A stretch of DNA of 64,000 nucleotides, taken from Marsupella aquatica. Taxonomy: Eukaryota; Plantae; Marchantiophyta. The DNA lies in contig OZ316897.1 of assembly GCA_973895155.1 (NCBI GenBank), positions 2,681,416 through 2,745,415 on the forward strand, written 5' to 3'. Every line of letters starts with the position of its first letter. Within the stretch, counting starts at the first letter, position 1. Of this stretch, positions 59,826 through 64,000 are shown piece by piece. The translations under genes and the position numbers were made by a program. A model generated the notes under the pieces. That model was given only the letters and a program-made list of their open reading frames with translations. It was not told the origin of the DNA and ran no database searches.

Positions 59826-60959
59826 ATGATGGCGTCGCTTAGCGTCTCCCCTGGCTGTCATATTTGGAATTATCGAGTGAGCTCTCATGACCGGTCGCTC
59901 GGATTGCCACTGAGGGGCGGAGAGAGGACTGGAGGACAAGGAAGCAGGCTGGAAGTAGGAAGAGGAGTGTTCTGCTGTACGCCGCCATGCCAGGATTATT
60001 GCCAGGACAGGGAAGCGATCAACCAGTCCAGTGCAGGAGGATCAATATCTAGTTTAGGGGATTCTCTTCTTGCGGTGGACAAGAAACTCTATGAACAAAG
60101 TGGACGAAGAGGTCTACAGCCAGCAAATACTCATGATGTACAGTTTTTGCCAGGATTGGAAGTGGACACTCCGATAAGAAAGAATGCTGCACCGCTCCTG
60201 TACAAGCCACACATGGATCATTTGTGGATGACTCTGACCAAGTACGCTCCCGATTTCAAGACCCTGAACCTGGAACCCGACTTCATGCGGCAAACAAGTA
60301 AGGTCGGGGCAAAAACGTCAAGAGTATTCAACTGGCTTTTATCTGCAAGTAGGCTTCGCCGAATTCGTATGACATACTTTGATGGAGGCTCTGCACTTCA
60401 AGCTTTTAATAGCCTCCTTTATCCAGATTTGAGGTATGATGTACCTATGCTGGGAATCGACTTGCTTTCATTTGGGGCCAACAAGATTCTCTGTGTCGTT
60501 GATTTCACACCTCTGAATCAAGATCCTGTCTACTTGGACAAGTATACTAGTCAATTGGCTCCATTTAGAGCCAAGATCGCAGAACATTGTGGGAGGATGA
60601 CAACGAAATTCTATGATGAAAACCAATTCTTCTCAAAGCAGTTGATATTTTATCGGTCTGAGTTGGGGGCTAAAGATCCGATACTAGAGGTACCCAATGG
60701 ACTTTTCTTTTCGACTTATGTTGAATACATAGACGAATACTTACAGGTTCTCCAAGCTGCTGAGCCAAACGAAGATCCCCTGCGAATGGCATATGTTGCT
60801 TCGAGACAATTTGCCTATAACAAACACTCAGAGGAGCGGGATCCTGCAATTAAAATATTTAACAAACACTTTGGGGAGGAGTGGAGTGAACGGTTCACAA
60901 GGGAATTCCTGTTTCCTCAGGACATAATTGACAAACGAGATGATGTAGCTATGAACTGA
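59826..60959 (+). CDS. PUBS: Ferredoxin-dependent bilin reductase, PebA lineage (phycourobilin synthase PUBS-like), plastid-targeted, intronless
   Basis: RRIRMTYFDGG.ALQAFNSLLYP..YDVPMLGIDLLSFG...VVDFTPL...YDENQFFS...ERDPA..IF.KHFGEEWSERF..EFLF matches PebA; N-terminal extension of about 120 aa. Confidence 0.9.
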   Translation: MMASLSVSPGCHIWNYRVSSHDRSLGLPLRGGERTGGQGSRLEVGRGVFCCTPPCQDYCQDREAINQSSAGGSISSLGDSLLAVDKKLYEQSGRRGLQPANTHDVQFLPGLEVDTPIRKNAAPLLYKPHMDHLWMTLTKYAPDFKTLNLEPDFMRQTSKVGAKTSRVFNWLLSASRLRRIRMTYFDGGSALQAFNSLLYPDLRYDVPMLGIDLLSFGANKILCVVDFTPLNQDPVYLDKYTSQLAPFRAKIAEHCGRMTTKFYDENQFFSKQLIFYRSELGAKDPILEVPNGLFFSTYVEYIDEYLQVLQAAEPNEDPLRMAYVASRQFAYNKHSEERDPAIKIFNKHFGEEWSERFTREFLFPQDIIDKRDDVAMN

Positions 60960-62688
60960 GCTGTGATTCCTGTGTATCGAAGATGTTTAAGTTCAAGTGC
61001 TTTAGCTATCTACTCTGTGCCGACTCAGAGACATCGTTAAAATGGTGACCTTGAGGGGGAAACATGAGAACATATGGCAAATCAGATATGGACAGCTTGC
61101 ACTCTGAGTTGCCTCCGTTACCAAGTATTTGCTAAGGGAGAATTCGAATTAACAAGCTGACACCAGGTGGACATGATAACCTGCATAATACGGCATGTCA
61201 GTTGTGGACAGGTGAGATTGGAGTAGAAAGAAAAGTTTGTTAGTAACGATCTTAAAAAAGTCCAGCATCTTGAATGTCAATAGGCGATGAGAAGTCTCAA
61301 TATACGGCAATCAGTTGTGGGGAGCTTGGATTTTGAATTGAAATTTGCACCAAGGCTCCTCGAAGTTGCAGAATGCTTTCGCTGGAGGAAGTTGTTTACG
61401 TTGGGAATTACCACCTAAGATGTCAATAGTATAAGACTTCCAGTTTCAGTGCGGATTTATACTAATAGTTCGAAGGAAGGATTTTTCTCCAGTGATAAAC
61501 TTCAACACATGATCTTGAGTGCAAGGTCCACAGCTCAGTTTTCGGTGCACGTTGATCTTCAGAATCCTAGCAATGTTCAAGATAGTAGCTGTTTGCAGAG
61601 GGGATCGATGAACTTCAACATTTGGTTTGGATTGTGGACAGTTTGCTCTCCGAGTGGGCATCGGCACTTGTGATCTTCAAGATTATGCAGATTTCGAACC
61701 AAGAAGCTGTCTATAATGGGGAATTATGTGCAAGGCGTATGATTTGACTGAACGTTGGTATCGTGGATCTGAAAGTAACCAGCTTGCTCCAGTGGGGAAC
61801 GACAACCTTCATGACATGATGTACAAAGCTTAGGTTGACCATCATTTGGTTCCATGGGCTTTTGAAATCTTTGAAATTTTCAAGAAAGCTCAGTCTAGTG
61901 CGTACGGGGAAGTTGTAAGATATATGGCCTTTATAGCTTGTGAAAACTTTACAAGATTATTTCTGTCTATTTTGGTACTATTTTAAGAGAGTGGAGTTCA
62001 GTGCACTCATCAAAATGTACGTGCTGCGGATGTGGGTTTGATGGCAACAAAGTTTGAATCTGGACGATTCAACGATCTCCCTTGCTGAGCCCAAGTGATC
62101 CCGTAGACATGGAGTTACAGAAAATGATCTGAGAGCGACACTAAGGCTATTAGCATCTTTATTTTGATCGCTGATGTTTAATGCTCTGTAAGACTAGATT
62201 CAGCGTTGGCAATGTTGACTTCAAAGGTGCCAACGTAGTAGACTTTCCTCATCATGAGAGATGATGTATCATGTACAGGTAAATTGTGTTTGATGCTAAT
62301 AGAAGGTCTAATTCCGCAACAACTGAGAAGGATGTACAAATCAATTTGAGCCACATGTAATTTTCTCCGTATCTTGCACCCTGCAGGTCAATTCAAGATG
62401 AAGCATCACAGAAATCACTTGCACAGATCAAATAGATGTAAGAAACTTTTCTAACATATTGCACTGTTGTCCACGATGGCCTGAAGGGTTAGACTCAGCG
62501 TATTTTTTAAGGTTTCACTTTTTAGCCAGAGTGGCGAATGTAAAGTGTGAGGGAGAAGATACTCAGAAGATTCCCTATTCAATTATTTTGCTGACCGTAA
62601 GATCTCCCATATTTAAGGCTGATCATTAGATTCTGGCTAATGGGGCCTGGGATTAGGTGCTGGCTAATTGAGCCAACAAAAGAGTAAC

Positions 62689-62837
62689 TGTTGTAGCTCA
62701 TCAACAATCATTCTTCCATTCATTCCTCATCATATACATATAGCCCTTTAGGTCGGTAAGGCAGTTGGGCAGTTGGTCTTAACCTAACCGTAGTAGGCTT
62801 GGTCCTAGGTAAGCTAGAGTTAACTTAGGTTACAACA
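62689..62837 (-). mobile_element. 3' LTR (149 bp) of the Copia element
   Basis: Perfect inverted termini TGTTGTA...TACAACA; polypurine tract AAGGGGGAG directly adjacent (62846-62838, minus strand). Confidence 0.85.
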
Positions 62838-63862
62838 CTCCCCCTTGGGTGTAACATGGTATGGGGAAATGTTGCAGCCAATTAAAGCCTACTCTAATCA
62901 TTATGGGGGAATGTAATCTCATTAAAACCCCCCCTCCTTTCTTGTGGGGGGAAAGAGTATTACCATTCCCTCCATGATTTAGTTTGTAACTTAACTTAAA
63001 AGTATTGATGTATTGGGCTAATGTAACCTTATATGCTAGTGTGTAAAGTTGATTCTAATGGACGTTGGTGTCCTCTGATGTTTTGTCGTGTATTGTCGAT
63101 GATGGCCATTTCGATGTCGTCTCGTTGTTCTTGGTTTGGAAAGCGCTTTCGGCTGCAAGGCTGTTGATTTTCGTCTATGATCAGGCGGAGGTCGAGCGGC
63201 TCTCCCCCTGAATGGTGTGTGTATCAACTGCGATCCCAAGTTCGGTTAGTTTATCTGCAATTGAGATAAGTTTCTTAGCCCTATCGAATGTGCATGCTTT
63301 TTGTGGAGAGTGGGTGGTAGGGCTTTCGTAAACATATCTGCAGAGTTTGATTCGCTTGGTATCCAGTGCACTTCAATGCTTTTGCTCTGCTGCTCCTTAG
63401 TAAAGAAGAACTTTGGGGCAATGTGCTTTGTTCTGTCACCCTTGATGAAACCTGTTTGAATTTGATCGACGCATGGTCGGTTGTCTTCGTATACATGTGT
63501 GGGTGCAGTCAGTCTTGGCGTTCCTGTGTTATAATGTATGTGGTTGATCACGTTTCGTAACCAGATGCACTCGCGGCTGGCTTCGTATAACGCAATTATT
63601 TCGGAGTGGTTTGATGAGGTCGTGGTAAGCGTTTGCTTGTTGCTCCTCCATGAGATCGCCGTTTGCCCCATCAAGAACACGTACCCTGTCTGTGACTTAG
63701 CGTCTTGAGGGTCGGACAGATATCCTGCATCAGCATATCCAGTTAGTAAGTAAGTAGCGTTCTTCGGGTAGAATAATCCCAGGTCTATGGTACCTCTTAG
63801 GTAGCGGAAAATTCGCTTGATGCCATTCCAGTGGCGTATTGTTGGTTCTGCACTGTGGCGGG
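62838..63862 (-). mobile_element. Ty1/Copia retrotransposon 3' part (RT C-terminus plus RNase H, coding 63862-63246), Bianca-like lineage
   Basis: RHWNGIKRIFRYLRGT, GYADAGYLSDP..KSQTGY, ISWRS.KQT...TSSNHSEIIA, YEDN and KGDRTKHIAPKFFF. The frame breaks at about 63862 into unrelated sequence carrying an 18-bp duplication. Confidence 0.92.
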
Positions 63863-64000
63863 TTTAGCTGTTTCGGTTGTTCACCCTAAAGTGCAATTTC
63901 ACCCTAAAGTGCAATTTCTTAATCGTTTGAGCTTTCGGTTGTTCACTGTGCTTCTGCGGGTCTGCATGTGCGGGATTGAATTTCCGCTTCTAAAATCGTT

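Noticed and set aside
26426-60959. Functional cluster of plastid/light genes (DUF179, cpSRP43, INSIG-like, PUBS)
   Set aside because: Spread over 35 kb, mixed strands, interleaved with TEs and unrelated genes; plastid-targeted genes are common enough for chance.

Overview
Eukaryotic nuclear DNA, most likely from a seed-free land plant (inferred from GT-AG introns, plant gene families, a PebA-lineage bilin reductase and a Bianca-type Copia element). Host genes: a partial GT8 GUX/PGSIP glycosyltransferase, WRNIP1/MgsA AAA+ ATPase, DUF179 (YqgE/AlgH) protein, cpSRP43, an intronless microbial-type GNAT acetyltransferase, a D-2-hydroxyacid dehydrogenase, an INSIG-like membrane protein, an SRPBCC protein and a PUBS/PebA-like reductase. 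There is also a decayed FEX fluoride-exporter pseudogene. Mobile DNA: a near-intact P-superfamily-like DDE transposase gene, a 2.16-kb foldback element with an 8-bp TSD, nested MITEs, a short retroposed fragment and a Copia 3' end. The standout observation is below the 60-aa cutoff of the ORF track. Three mutually homologous 37-46 aa hydrophobic/acidic micro-ORFs, spaced about 315 nt apart, lie between a TATA box and the GUX start codon. They show codon-level signs of selection on the peptide and are a candidate polycistronic microprotein or conserved-uORF system. All family assignments come from motif recognition; no database searches were run.
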